Assembly (NCBI GenBank): GCA_035221665.1
Contig: CM069150.1
Coordinates: 36,146,001 to 36,210,000 of the forward strand
Length of the DNA stretch: 64,000 bases
Origin: Okamejei kenojei
Lineage: Eukaryota
Direction of reading: 5' to 3'
Below are positions 12,277-24,426 of the stretch, piece by piece (the stretch's first letter is position 1; each line of letters begins with the position of its first letter). The notes below the pieces were generated by a model. The model searched no databases, was not told where the DNA came from, and saw only the letters and a list, made by a program, of their open reading frames with translations. Position numbers and translations under genes: made by a program.

Positions 12277-12561
12277 GTTTAGTTTAATTTAGAGATACAG
12301 TGTGGAAACAGGCCCTTTGGCCCACCGAGTCCACACCAACCAGCGATCCCCGCACATTAACACTATCCCACACACGCTAGGGACAATTTACACTTATACC
12401 ATGCCAATTAACCTACAAACCTGTACGTCTTTGGAGTGTGGGAGGAAACCCACGCAGTCACAGGGAGATCGTACAGACAGCGCCCATAGTCTGGATCGAA
12501 CCTGGGTCCGGCGCTGCAAGCTCAGTAAGGCAGCAACTTTACCGCTGCGCCACCGTGCCGC
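12277..12561 (-). mobile_element. HE1-like V-SINE
   Basis: tRNA-derived head (TGGCGCAGCGG A-box, GGTTCGATCC B-box) and (CTAAA)n tail. Confidence 0.85.
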
Positions 12562-13670
12562 CAGTGGTCCTTTATATCTCCCAAACTCTACTTTTACTCT
12601 TCAAAATACCACCTCAGGTCCACCCAACACGAGAGTTGGTGAGTGTGAAATGGCTGCCATTAAAGGCCTCATTACTCCTCTCATGTGACCTTCATGGGCT
12701 CGTTTGTGAAGATTAGCTCCTTGGGAGGGTGCTAATGAGTGGCCTACGCTCCTACAGCAAGAGGTCAAAACCTTCACAGAGAGTGGGGAAAGATCTGACA
12801 GTGAAGTTGGCCAGATGAACAATGGTGGGCTGACAGACTTGATGGATCAATCAAGTTTCTGTCGTGGAAAACTTTGTCCAAAATTCTGAAGTAAACTGAC
12901 AGCTTTTTAATTTTTAAATGTTACCTCCTTGCTCTTGAGTATGTTTTTGCAACAATTCAGTTTTAAACTCTGCTTTAGATGCTACTTTAGCACATTTTAT
13001 TTCATAATTAAGAAAGCTGACTAGTGCAGAATGACCAGTGTGGATTTAAAATATTTCCATATTTTTTATGGGATGAATAATTATTTCTGTATTGCTGCTA
13101 TTAAGCAAATAGCAATGTAAAAAAATATTAAAATAAATGATTTAAAAAAAAATTGAATTAAAGTAATCTGCAAATGAATCTAGATTAATTGGAAATTAGA
13201 ATGGAAAAAAAAAACAATAAATGAAGCCAGAAGAAATCATCTTTAATGATATTCATTCAAAGTGAGTTTGTGACATTTTAAGATCGGAGCATGGGGGTAT
13301 TTAATGTAACGGAAAAACAGCATGGGGATAGCAATACTTAACTTATAGTTGAAGACAATTCAGGCAGAACAACCACATGTCCCTGCCTCTTCGTTGAATG
13401 ATCTTTACACCCAGTCAACTGTTGAAACACAGAACTGCAGATAGACATAAAGTGTTGAGTATCTCAGTGGGTCAGGCAACATCTCTGAAGTAAAAGGATG
13501 GATATTGGGTTGGCTGGAGTATCCCGCTGAGTTACTCCAGCACTTTGTGTCTATCTTCAATATAAATCCTTCCTACACAAAACTTCAGATGCTGGTTTAT
13601 ACTAAAGGTAGACACAATGTGCTAGAGTAACTCAGCAAGTCAAGAGTGTTTTATTGTCATATGTCCCAGA

Positions 13671-13940
13671 NNNNNNNNNNNNNNNNNNNNNNNNNNNNNN
13701 NNNNNNNNNNNNNNNNNNNNNNNNNNNNNNNNNNNNNNNNNNNNNNNNNNNNNNNNNNNNNNNNNNNNNNNNNNNNNNNNNNNNNNNNNNNNNNNNNNNN
13801 NNNNNNNNNNNNNNNNNNNNNNNNNNNNNNNNNNNNNNNNNNNNNNNNNNNNNNNNNNNNNNNNNNNNNNNNNNNNNNNNNNNNNNNNNNNNNNNNNNNN
13901 NNNNNNNNNNNNNNNNNNNNNNNNNNNNNNNNNNNNNNNN
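13671..13940. other. Assembly gap (270 N)
   Basis: Run of N. Confidence 1.
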
Positions 13941-14030
13941 GCAAAAGGATAGGTAATGTTTCAGGTTGGGACCCTTCTTCAAACTCAATGTAGAGGGGTG
14001 GGGCGAGTGGGAAGGAGTTGGAGGCAAGAA

Positions 14031-17000
14031 TTTTTTTTTTTTTTACTTTAGGTTTTATTGATTTTATGTATACACAAATAAAACACAAATATAACAACAA
14101 AACATATAAAATGACAATGAAACATACAACAGTGTAGCAGTGGGTTCAGTTTACAATTAATGATGCAGTATACAGAACTATTTTCATATTAAAACATTTT
14201 CCAATAACTTACATTATTGTCTATAAAATTATACAGTGTTAATGTCTTTATTTCTATACCTAATCCATTTTTCCCATTTTCTTTTACATTCGTCTTCTTT
14301 CACTCTTAGAGAATATGTCATTTTCTCCATGACAAATATTTCCTGTACTATGTCTAACCATTGTCTAAGTCTGGGTGTGTCCGCTGCAAGCCAGTTTCTT
14401 GTAATGGCCTTTCTGCCAGCTGTGAGTAGGATTTTAACCAAGTAATGGTCTTCCTTCAGCACCACTGTATTTATGTTACCCAGGTATAAAAATGGAACAC
14501 TTCTTGCAGACTATATATCCTAATACCTCCGTTAATTCTGAATTCAGTCTGTCCCAAAATGGTTCTATTTTTGGGCAACTCCAGAAGATATGTGCATGGT
14601 TTCCGTCTGTTTGGCCACATTGCCTCCAGCATGTTTGCTGCCTTAGAATTTGCTTGCTTTTTATGTTAGGCGTAATAAAGAAACAAATCAAATTTTTCCA
14701 ATTAAATTCTCTCCAATGTTGTGAATTGGTGGATGTCTGTAGTGTTACACACATATGATGCCATTCTTCTTCTGAGATTGTAATGTTCAATTCCTTTTCC
14801 CACTTAAATTTTACATAAAATGTAGTTTTAGCTTGACATTCCATTAAACTATGATAAAGTTTAGAAATAATCCTTAATGTTTTTTGATGATACGCACTAT
14901 CACTTCTATCACTGGATTATTTTCTTCTAGTGCCTCCCTTTTTACCTTTTTATTGTAATAATCTCTTAGTTGGAGGTATCTAAACAAGTCTTGGTTCCGA
15001 AGTGCAAATCTATCTATCAAATCTTGAAAACTTCTTTGGTCTCCATTTTCAATAACAGTACAAAATGCAGTCATTCCTTTCTTTATCCACTCTTTAAATG
15101 TTGAGTCACACATCCCTGGTTTAAATTCATTATCCAAAGCTATCCATCTTAAAACTTTTTGGCGTTTATTCAGTTTAAGTTGTCTGGTAAGCGTGAACCA
15201 GGTTTTTAAAGTAAAAATAGTTATTGGATCGATTATGCTCCTGATATGTCCAGGAAGCGCTTTTTCTCCCAAAAGTGTTTGGATGTGGAAGTCAGGGATA
15301 TCTGTCTCAATCTCTTTCCACCTAGCTATATAGCTGTCCTCACACCAATTAATTAGTGGTCGAAGTTGGGCTGCATAGAAATATATCCTAAAATTTGGAA
15401 GTGCCATTCCACCTTTGTCCTTTGGCAACTGTAGTGTAGTGTATTGAATTCTGGCCTTCTTTCCTCCCCAAATAAATCTAGATATTAATTTATCCCATTC
15501 CGTGAATTGTTTTAATGGTACCTCTATTGGCAGAGATTGAAACAAGTACAATAGCCTTGACAAAATATTCATTTTCACCACATTTATCTTACTACTAAAA
15601 TCCATTGGGTAGGTGGACCATCTTTCTATATCCTTTCTTATGTTTTGGTTGATGTGATTATAATTGGCCCCATACAACAGTGATATATTTTTTGTTATAT
15701 GTAACCCTAGGTATTTGATTGATTTTGAATCCCATTTAATATTATAATTTTGTTCGATTTCTTCTGGAGGAGGGACAATTAAATAGGAGGATTTGAGTTT
15801 TTGAAATATTCACTTTATATCCTGCATAAAAATTCAATTTATCTATGATCCCCATCATCCTTGGAAAGGAGGTGTTTACTTCTGTGAGATACATGGAATC
15901 GGTATGGGTAGAGCTACAAAACACTAAGGGGCAGAAAACGCTGGTGGGTGTTGTGTACAGGCCACCTAACAGTAGCAGAGAAGTTGGGGATGGTATCAAA
16001 CAGGAAATTAGAAATGCGTGCGACAAAGGCAAAACAGTTATAATGGGTGACTTCAATCTACATATAGATTGGGTTAATCAAATTGGCAGGGGTGCTGAGG
16101 AAGAGGATTTTTTGGAATGTATGCGGGATAGTTATCTAAATCAACATGTAGAGGAACCAACGAGAGAGCGGGCTATTTTAGACTGGGTTTTGAGTAATGA
16201 GGAAGGGGTAATTAGCCGTCTTGTTGTACGTGCCCCCTTGGGCAAGAGTGACCATAATATGGTTGAGTTCTTCATTAGGATGGAGAGTGACATTGTTAAT
16301 TCAGAAACAATGGTTCTGAACTTAAAGAAAGGTAACTTTGAGGGTATGAGACGTGAATTGGCCAAGATTGACTGGCAATTAATTCTAAAAGGGTTGACGG
16401 TGGATATACAATGGAAGACATTTAAAGACTCAATGGATGAACTACAAAAATTGTTCATCCCAGTTTGGCAAAAGAATAAATCGGGGAAGGTAGTGCATCC
16501 GTGGATAACAAGGGAAATCAGGGATAGTATCAAAGCAAAGGATGATGCGTACAAAGTAGCCAGAAAAAGCAGCATACCAGAGGACTGGGAAAAAATTCAG
16601 AGACCAGCAGAGGAGGACAAAGGGCTTAATTAGGAAAGGAAAAATAGATTATGAAAGAAAACTGGCAGGGAACATAAAAACTGACTGCAAAAGTTTTTAT
16701 AGATATGTGGAAGAGAATGAGGTTAGTAGTAGGTCCCTTGCAGTCAGAAACAGGTGAGTTATCATGGGGAACAAGGATATGGCGGACCAATTGAATAACT
16801 ACTTTGGTTCCGTCTTCACTAAGGAAGACATAAATAATCTGCCTGAAATAGCAGGGGACTGTGGGTCAAAGGAGGAATTGAGTGAAATCCAGGTCAGTCG
16901 GGAAGTGGTGTGGGTAAATTGAATAGAATAAAGCCGATAAATCCCAGGGCCAGATAGGCTGCATCCAGAGTACTTAAGGAAGTAGCTCAGGAAATAGTGG

Positions 17001-19498
17001 ATGCATTAGTGATAATCTTTCAAAACTCTTTAGATTCTGGAGTAGTTCCTGAGGATGGGAGCAACCCCCCTCTTTTTAAGAAGGGAGGGAGAGAGAAAAA
17101 CGGGGAATTACAGACCAGTTAGTCTAACATCGGTAGTGGGGAAACTGCTAGAGTCAGTTATTAAAGATGGGATAGCAGCACATTTGGAAAGTGTGAAATC
17201 ATTGGACAAAGTCAGCATGGATTTACAAAAGGTAAATCATGTCTGACGAATCTTGTGGAATTTTTCGAGGATGTAACTAGTAGCCTGGATAAGGGAGAAC
17301 CAGTGAATGTGGTATATCTGGACTTCCAGAAGGCTTTCGACAAGGTCCCACATAAGAGATTAGTATACAAACTTAAAGCATACGGTATTAGGTTCAGTAT
17401 TGATGTGGATAGAGAAACTGGCTGGCAAACAGGAAGCAAAGAGTTAAACGGGTCCTTTTCACAATGGCAGCAGTAACTAGTGGGTACCGCAGGGCACAGT
17501 GCTGGGACCCCAGCTATTTACAATATATATTAATGATCTGGATGAGGAATTGAAGGCAATATCTCCAAGTTTGCGGGATGACTGGGGGGCAGTTTTCGCT
17601 GTGAGGAGGATGCTAGAGACTGCAAGGTGACTTGGATAGGCTGGGTGAGTGGACAAATGCCACTTTGTGGCAAAAACAGGAAAGCAGACTATTAGGTGGC
17701 CGATTAGGAAAAGGGGAGATGCAGCGAGACCTGGTCATGGTACACCCAGTAGGCATGCCGGTGCAGCAGGCAGGTGAATGAAAAGCTTTCTTTCATAGCA
17801 AAAGGATTTGAACAGGAGCAGGGAGGTTCTAAGTTGTACAGGTCTTGGTGAGACCACACCTGGAGTATTGCGTACAGTTTTGGTCTCCCCAAATCTGAGG
17901 AAGGACATTATTGCCATAGAGGGAGTGCAGAGAAGGTTGATTCCTTGGATGTCAGGACTGTCTTATGAAGAAAGACTGGATAGACTTGGTTTATACCTCT
18001 GGAATTTAGGAGATTGAGAGGGGATCTTATAGAAACTTACAAAATTCTTAAGGGGTTGGACAGGCTAGATGCAGAAGATTGTTCCCGATGTTGGGGAAGT
18101 CCAGGACAAGGGGTCACGGCTTAAGGATAAGGGGAAATCCTTTAAGACCGAGATGAGAAAACTTTTTTCACACAGAGAGTGGTGAGTCTCTGGAACTCTC
18201 TGCCACTCCTCTGAGGTATTAGGCCAGTTGAGGGGGATATCTACTGATCATATTGAATGGCGGTGCAGGCTCGAAGGGCTGAATGGCCTACTCCTGCACC
18301 TAATTTCTATGTTTCTACATCATTACATCATCTGCGAAAAGGCCAATTTTATGTTCTCTGTCTCTTATAGTTACTCCCTCAGTTGATGGTTCAATATATA
18401 TATAGGGCTAAGACAACATCCCTGTCTCGTTCCTCTTCCTAACACAAATCTCTCAGTTAAGGGCCCATTCACTTAACTCCATAGTAATAACTTGAATTGA
18501 CTCTTCGGTAAAGCCAAATCTTTCTAGTGTTTGATATAAGAATTCCCAATTAACCCTATCAAAAGCCTTTTCCGCATCTCTAGACTTATCAGGACAGCAG
18601 GCGTTTCCTTTTGAATCTTGTGTATTATATGTATGTAGGGTTCTTCTAATGCTGTGTGTTGTTCTGCCTATTATTAGAAAACCATCTGGCATGAACAATT
18701 TTCAAATCGTTTGCATGAACTTTTTCAAATCGTTTGGAGATAATTGAAGAATATAATTTATAGTCCACATTTAGAATTGATATCGGTCTGTTGTTGGTAC
18801 AATTTTCCTTGTCTTTGTTCTCTTTGGGGATTAATGTTACAATTGCCTCTTTCCATGACGGGGATGTCTTGCCTTCTTTGATAATCCAGTTAAAGGTTCT
18901 CAGAAGAAGTGGGTTCAGCTCATTCCGAAATATTTTATACCATTCTATAAGGAAACCGTCGCTGCCTGGGGCCTTGTTTGATTTCATCCTACTAATTGTC
19001 TTCTCTATCTCCTTCTGTACTTCTGTTCTAAATCCTTCAGGTCTGTTATCAACATTATATGTTTTCATTCTGGCCTTTTTAATATGTGATGCCCTCGCTA
19101 TTAACCTACCTCATATTACAGCCTTCAATGAGTCCCATAGTATGGATGGGTCCACCTCCCCATTGTCATTCTCCTCTAGATAAGTTTTGATTTCCAATTT
19201 AATATCATTAACAGTTGTTTTAGCATTGAGTATTCCAACATTTAATCGCCACACTGTGTTTTTCCTTCTACTGTCCATTTGAATTGTTAAGTATATGGCA
19301 TTATGGTCTGATACATCTGCCACAACAATTCTGCAATCCGTTACCCTATAACAGTCTTCTTTCTGCATTAAGAAATAGTCTATTCTGGAGTAAACTGAGT
19401 GCGGTATTGAGTAATGTGCATAGTCTCTTTCTAGAGGGTGAAAATTCCGCCAGACAGTTTTGTTAACTGGTTCTTATTCTTCTTTTTACTTTTCGTAT
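14031..19498 (-). mobile_element. L1-clade LINE ORF2 pseudogene (5'-truncated, internally deleted), split by a CR1 insertion
   Basis: Endonuclease motifs (HSVYSRIDYF, SDHNAI, WRLN) at 19111-19440; RT motifs [36 protein letters not shown]; downstream KYLG and LPKDKGGMALPNF (ORF 14874..15677); C-terminal CWRQCG...HIFWSC; poly(A) tail at 14031-14043. Confidence 0.92.
15895..18315 (+). mobile_element. CR1/HER1 LINE, 5'-truncated, inserted into the L1 with 5-bp duplication TACAT
   Basis: EN motifs VYRPP, IMGDFN, SDHN (ORF 15845..16633); RT motifs NYRPVSLTSVVGK and YLDFQKAFDKVPH; TTTCTATG tail; TACAT at 15890-15894 and 18316-18320. Confidence 0.93.
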
Positions 19499-19530
19499 AT
19501 TAATGTCGAATATTTACTTGTCAATATTCT

Positions 19531-19955
19531 TGTGTTCAGTTCTGGGCACCATGTTATAGGAAAGATATTGTCAAGCTTGAAAGGGGTCAAAGAAGATTTA
19601 CGAAGATGTTGCCAGAACTAGAGGGTGTGAGCTATAGGGAGAGGTTGAGTAGACTAGGTCTCTATTCCTTGTAGGGCAGGAGGATGAGGGGTGATCTTAT
19701 AGAGGTGTATAAAATCATGAGAGGAATAGATCGGGTAGATGCACAGAGTCTCTGGCCCAGAGTAGGTGAATCGAGGACCAGAGGACATAGGTTTAAGGTG
19801 AAGGGGAATAGATTTAATAGGTGGTGGGTGTATGGAACAAGCTGCCAGAAGAGGTAGTTGAGGCTGGGACTATTCCAACATTTAAGAAACAGTCAGACAG
19901 GTACATGGATAGAATAGGTTTGGAGGGATATGGACAAAGCGGAGGCAGGTGGGCC
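19531..19955 (+). mobile_element. CR1 LINE 3' fragment (second subfamily)
   Basis: Encodes CVQFWAP...RGDLIEVYKIMRGIDRVD; same subfamily as 32940-33786. Confidence 0.85.
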
Positions 19956-20025
19956 AATTCTAGGCTAGGGAAGGGGTAAATTTAACAGGGGTACAATGTG
20001 GAGACCTGAGGAACTGGTTAAATGA

Positions 20026-20312
20026 CAGGGGGGGGGGGGGGGGGGAGGGAGGAAGGTAACATGGTGGTGGGGGGGGGGGGGACTAGGGGAGTGTAGGTGA
20101 AAGTTACGAGGTCAATCTCCATATCACTTGTAATGGTTGTAAGCTAACCGAGTGAAATATGAGGTGCTGTTCCTCCAATATGCATGTGGCCTCACTGTGA
20201 CAGTGGATGAGGCCCAGGACAGAAAGGTCTCGACCCGAAACGTCACCCATTCCTTCTTTCCAGCGATGCTGCATGTCCAGGTGAGTTATTCCAGCATTTT
20301 GTGTCTAACTTC
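20026..20312 (-). mobile_element. Penelope-like fragment (GIY-YIG C-terminus, minus) fused to an inverted pLTR (plus)
   Basis: 20100-20229 is the reverse complement of the EN-end sequence seen at 56020-56152 (DLSVLGL...EEQHLIF). Orientation switches at the GGTC microhomology (20226-20229). Confidence 0.8.
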
Positions 20313-20736
20313 AAGGTAAATATTGGAATAGGAATCTCTTTCGTTATATCCCATGCCCACTCTGACACATAATCTCCATAAATTTCCAGAAGATGGGCAG
20401 AAAATGTTACCGGTCCTTCAAACCTGCCCCACACTTATTAAATCCAAAGCATCTGGCCGGTATTTGTTACCCCAAAGGCCCTAATCTCACTTCATTCTGC
20501 AGCCAAACAATTTCTTGAATCTCCTGGGAGAAGCATAAATCGCAATCAATAAGAGGGAAAAAAATCTGGGAAATTCTTCCTTCAGGCAATTAAAACAGCA
20601 TTTTCAATTTAAGGATGAAAAGAATATATTGACTTAGCAAGAACACCTGCTCTCTGCTTCTTTCACAGACCTCTCTGTTTAAGTAGCAATGGGCTACAAT
20701 TACTGTCAGCATTGCTGGAGGAAAGAACAGACAGGT

Positions 20737-21248
20737 CCCTTTCTCCTGACTCTCAGTCTGAAGAAGGGTCTTGACCCAAAACGTCACCTATTCCATTTCT
20801 CCAGAGATGTTGTCTGACCCTTTGAGTTACTCCGTAGCATTTCGTGTCTATCTTCAGTTTAAACCAGCATCTGCAGTTACATCCTACACAGTTTGTCTGC
20901 TCCACTGCAAAATCTCCTCAAGGTATGCCTACTTTGAAGAAGTTCTCCTCGTCTGACGAGGGTTCTGCAACATTCTGTCTTGCTGCTCCCCCCCCCCCCC
21001 CCCCCCCCCCATCCCCCCCCCTGTGATTTCTTCTGTTCTCCGACTCCAAGCATTCATTTGTTCAATATCTCTCTATATCACCGGCTATACTCTTGTATCC
21101 ATTTCCCCTGAATCTTAGTCTGAAGAAGGGTCTTGACCTGAAACGCCACCTTACCTTTTTTTCCGGAGATACTGACTGACACTGAGTTCCTCCAGCGCTT
21201 TGTGTCTATCTTCGGTTTTAACCAGTGTCTGCATTTCCTTCCTACACA
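20737..21248 (+). mobile_element. Penelope-derived element with two direct pLTRs (hammerhead-like motifs at 20758 and 21120)
   Basis: Two direct copies of the pLTR. The intervening segment is shared with 29258-29314 and 29460-29500. Confidence 0.75.
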
Positions 21249-21453
21249 GATTCCTGCTTTCATTGCTGCCTGTCTTTCCATGATGTTTGAGTATTAAATA
21301 AAGACACAATCACATTCACCTCCAATGGCTTCTACAGTGAAGTAGTTTACTGCCACAGCTGGCTTGAAGGGCCGAATGGCCTACTCCTGCATCTATTGTC
21401 TTTTGTCTATTATCAAAGCTCCCAAGATAATAGACAATAGGTGCAGGAGTAGA

Positions 21454-21835
21454 CTTACAAAATTCTTAAGGGGTTGGACAGGCTAGATGCAGGAAGATTG
21501 TTCCCGATGTTGGGGAAGTCCAGGACAAGGGGTAACAGTTTAAGGATAAGGGGGAAGTCTTTTAGGACCGAGATGAGAAAATCGTTTTTCACACAGAGAG
21601 TGGTGAATCTGTGGAATTCTCTGCCACAGAAGGTAGTTGAGGCCAGTTCGTTGGCCATATTTAAGAGGGAGTTGGATGTGGCCCTTGTGGCTGAAGGGAT
21701 CAGGGGGTATGGAGAGAAGGCAGGTACAGGATACTGAGTTGGATGATCAGCCATGATCATATTGAATGGCGGTGCAGGCTCGAAGGGCCGAATGGCCTAC
21801 TCCTGCACCTAATTTCGATGTTTCTATGTTTCTAT
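21454..21835 (+). mobile_element. CR1/HER1 LINE 3' end
   Basis: ORF 21474..21737 reads RLDAGRLFPMLGKSRTRG...FFTQRVVNLWNSLP; TTTCTATG tail. Confidence 0.92.
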
Positions 21836-21844
21836 AATGATGAG

Positions 21845-22320
21845 GCTTCGGAGGCTCCGGCTGCAGGCCCTGTGGACGGTAACATCGGGACATCGCAGGT
21901 CCCTGATGGGAGACCGCTTTTCGGAGTTCCCGCAGCGGAACTTCTCACGCTCGAATCGAGGGGTTTAAATCGACCCAGAGCAGGGCCTTCATCGCCGGGC
22001 ACAGCTTAAACGGCCGCTGGACTTACCATCGCCCACCGGGGGCTCTAACATCAAAATCGTCGATCATCTCGATGCAGCAGTTTGACTGCTTGACTGCAGG
22101 AGAAGAAGACTAAAGAACAGAGAACAGGGAAGAGATAAGACTTTTGCCTTCCATCACAGTGAGGAGGTGTTTGGAGATTCACTGTGATGGATGTTTGTGT
22201 GGAATTGTGTTAAATGTGTGTTGTTTTTTTGTTGCTATTCTGACTGCAGGAAGAAATTTCGTTTGAACCTTGTATGTTTAAATGACAATAAATGGCATTC
22301 TATTCTTCTATTCATCTATT
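21845..22320 (+). mobile_element. Non-autonomous element with Rex1-like tail and 13-bp stem-loop
   Basis: GACAATAAA plus (ATTCT)n-like tail; hairpin 22150-22191; related to 7094-7870. Confidence 0.55.
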
Positions 22321-22496
22321 CTATGCGTGTAAGTGCAGATACTGCAAAACAATTGAAAAATGTAACTAGAACTATAGCATGGAGTTGTCATTTTCAGGAA
22401 AGGAAAGGAGTCAACCAGGTGGGGTAAAGTTTAATTGAACAATTTCACTCAGCGGAACAGGGAACATCTCAGGATAGAAGGAACGGGTGAGGTGTC

Positions 22497-24414
22497 CAGT
22501 GACGTGCGGTGAGGTCAATGGCTGGCGAGGCACTGGCTAGTATCAGAGCCAGATTTACACACAGATGAACCCGATAGAGGTAGCTTAAATTCACCATTCA
22601 ATTGGCAGGTTGCACAATGACGATTGGTTAGGCGAACGTATGTTTCATATTTCATATCAGCATTCTTTACAACACACACATACAGGTAATTTATGTATTC
22701 AATTCACGTTTTATAGACAAATGCAGTTCCATCGTCCAGTAGGTGGGTGCGCTTGGTCGACTTGTTGAAAAACGTCGCAAGTCCCTCAACTGTTTTAAAA
22801 AACGTTTTACACTCAGGCATATATTTTGCTGAGTGCGAGGGCATCAGGTTCAATTTGTGTGCATAACAATTTAAACGTGGCTTCAGGTACCTTTTCTTTA
22901 ATCTTGGCCTGCACCCCATTAAGATCTGATGCCATCACAGAGGCTCCGTCGTAGGTCTGAGCTACCAGCTTTTCAACGCAATTGTATTTCCCCAACACTC
23001 CCAAAACATAATCAGCAATAGCCGGTGCTCGCCTGTCATCACTCACATCATCAAATCCCAAGAACGCCTCCCTCACCTCACGTCACCTCCCCTTTAGCCA
23101 CATAACGCAAAACGACAGAGACCTGGGCTTTGTCTTGCCTACTTCGGCTGCAACAAATGGGGCTGCATTAATCTCCTCTTTGATATCATTTCTAATTACA
23201 TCACCGACTGCTTCGATTAAATCGTTCTGATAAGCCAGAAAACACAGTGGATGTCTCCAAATGTCTAGCTAACTTTTCATCTTTTTCAGCAAAAGCATGT
23301 CATAGCTCCACATAGTTGGGACGATTAGAAGAGCTTGCACTCTCATCATTACCACGAAATGCTAATTCCTGTTTGGCTTGGAAGCAGGTCGCATTAATAA
23401 GGTCTTTTAAAATCTCACGGGTTTCCTTTAAGGTTTTCATTGTTGATGCTGATATTTAATCTCCGCTGTTCATTCAAAGCCAGATCTATCCTTGAAGTTC
23501 CAAAGGTTTTTAAAGCAATTTGGCTTTGAATGTGAGTTGTCGATTTTTTTCATGTTTGTTGAGGCTCCTTGGTAGATTTTTCAAGTCACAAAATCGCGCA
23601 TTAGTCCAAACGTTGTCGGTAGTGGAGAACAGAAGGCAGGGAAAGCAGTAAAGGCGATTCTTCGTAGCACAGCCGCACAGACAGTCTTTTCGTTGGTACC
23701 ACTCCATTTGAAACAACGGTGTTATTTTCTGTCCCTTCGTTTGAAGTAGGTCCTTAAGCTCAGGCATTGGTCTTCCAGTGTTTATCACTCCCTGTTTGAA
23801 TTGAAAGTCCAATTTTGAGAAATTTTTAAGGTTAGATAATGTTTTCCATTTTTGCAGCCGCTGTAAATATTTTGCTAGAGCTAGCTAACGTGGAGGGAGA
23901 GCGAGTGTCAATTACCAGGGCTGAGCCTACTATAATTGACACCCGCTCTCCCTCCACTGGGCTCAAGACATGCCCCTTCAGGGAGGCAGATGTAATAGCT
24001 GCCTCCCCTGGTGCTTTTTCATTGCAGTTTTATGACGAGACCAGCAAACCTAAATATCTTTATTTGTGAAATAAGTTACCTGGACTATGGAAGGCGAGGA
24101 CATGTAATGAAGGGGTCCACAAACATTACATTGGTGACATACAGAGGCACACGCTTATTGCCCACACTCCATCCAGTTTCTGAGGGGTTGCGCAATCAGA
24201 GGGGAGGCTCAGCTTGTCGCTGCCTCCGCAAATTTGGCGATTTTGACTGTAAAAAATTATTGAAATCATACAGATATGACATTTATAACACAGATCAGTG
24301 GAAAAATCTTTGTATTTATTTTATTTTATTATTATTTTTCTTTACTTTTCGTAACAGCTATTTTCATTGGAGTATGACAGGTGAGGCTCTGCCTCCCTTG
24401 ACAGCCAGTCCCTG
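22497..24414 (-). mobile_element. hAT DNA transposon (ZMYM1/DUF4371-type transposase), internally deleted
   Basis: Perfect 8-bp TSD GAGGTGTC (22489-22496 / 24415-24422); imperfect CAG...CTG TIRs; transposase remnants YCFPCLLF (TTF-type Zn finger), LAFRGNDES, QTYDGASVM and CYAHKLNL; C-terminal part missing. Confidence 0.9.
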
Positions 24415-24426
24415 GAGGTGTCGGGT

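Noticed and set aside
13632-14100. ORFs of 100-147 aa
   Set aside because: Artefacts of reading through the N gap
15845-16633. Intact host endonuclease gene
   Set aside because: It is the EN region of a truncated CR1, and the ORF start is borrowed from antisense L1 sequence
22704-23812. Domesticated ZMYM1-like host gene
   Set aside because: Frameshifted and truncated, and bounded by TIRs and an 8-bp TSD
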